A stretch of 64,000 nucleotides of DNA, taken from the NCBI RefSeq assembly GCF_006345805.1, contig NC_043004.1:12400001-12464000 (forward strand), given 5' to 3'. The notes beneath the pieces were generated by a model, which saw nothing but the letters and a program-made list of their open reading frames with translations, did not search any database and was not told where the DNA came from. The position numbers and the translations under genes were made by a program. Source of the stretch: Octopus sinensis (lineage: Eukaryota). This document shows, one piece after another, positions 63,698 through 64,000 of the stretch (the stretch's first letter is position 1; every line of letters starts with the position of its first letter).

Positions 63698-64000
63698 CTC
63701 CTTGCACTTTGCGAAGGCAAAATACCAGGGGATGAAACTGGTAATATTGCCATCGATTCCATTTGTACCTTTGTTAAGACGCCTTCTGATCTCAGAGATG
63801 CAGTGTTCCCAGATCTACAAGCTAATTATCAGAATATGGATTGGATTGGCCAAAGGGCTATTCTGGCCCCGAGGAATAAAACTTCACCATATTAATGATG
63901 AAATGCTAAAACTCATTCCTGGGGAAGTCTATGTATATCAGTCTATCGATACAACTCCTGACCCAGAGGACGTCATCAACTATCCAATAGAGGTACTCAA
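63698..64000 (+). pseudogene. Helitron PIF1-like helicase fragment (frameshifted, runs off the window)
   Basis: LALCEGKIPGD...DAVFPDL..NYQNMDWIGQRAILAPRN /fs/ INDEMLKLIPGEVYVYQSID...NYPIEVL matches the Helitron RAILAPxN..IN..LPGE..YxSxD..YPxEFLN pattern. Confidence 0.85.

Overview
Repeat-dense eukaryotic DNA that looks like an octopus (coleoid cephalopod) genome, judged from its tRNA-derived SINE families and very high microsatellite load. The species assignment is an inference. No complete protein-coding gene is visible, and most ORF-track hits are translated microsatellites. The window holds: (1) many SINEs from about 5 families; (2) non-LTR retrotransposon remnants (R4/Dong-like, RTE, a CR1/L2-group family, and a younger CR1-like copy nested inside an older LINE); (3) a deleted Ty3/Gypsy element with a perfect tRNA-Trp primer-binding site; (4) Helitron pieces, including a PIF1-helicase fragment; (5) several MITEs or fold-back elements; (6) a 100-N assembly gap; (7) a few candidate exons of an unidentified + strand gene. 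The most notable feature is a cluster of type I hammerhead ribozyme motifs between about 41.9 and 61.2 kb. Several sit in non-coding monomers of about 352, 563 and 582 bp arranged as tandem and inverted arrays in (TA)n tracts, the architecture of Penelope-like pseudo-LTRs or non-LTR retrozymes. Two copies show a compensatory base-pair change in stem I. All structures were folded by eye and none was tested computationally.
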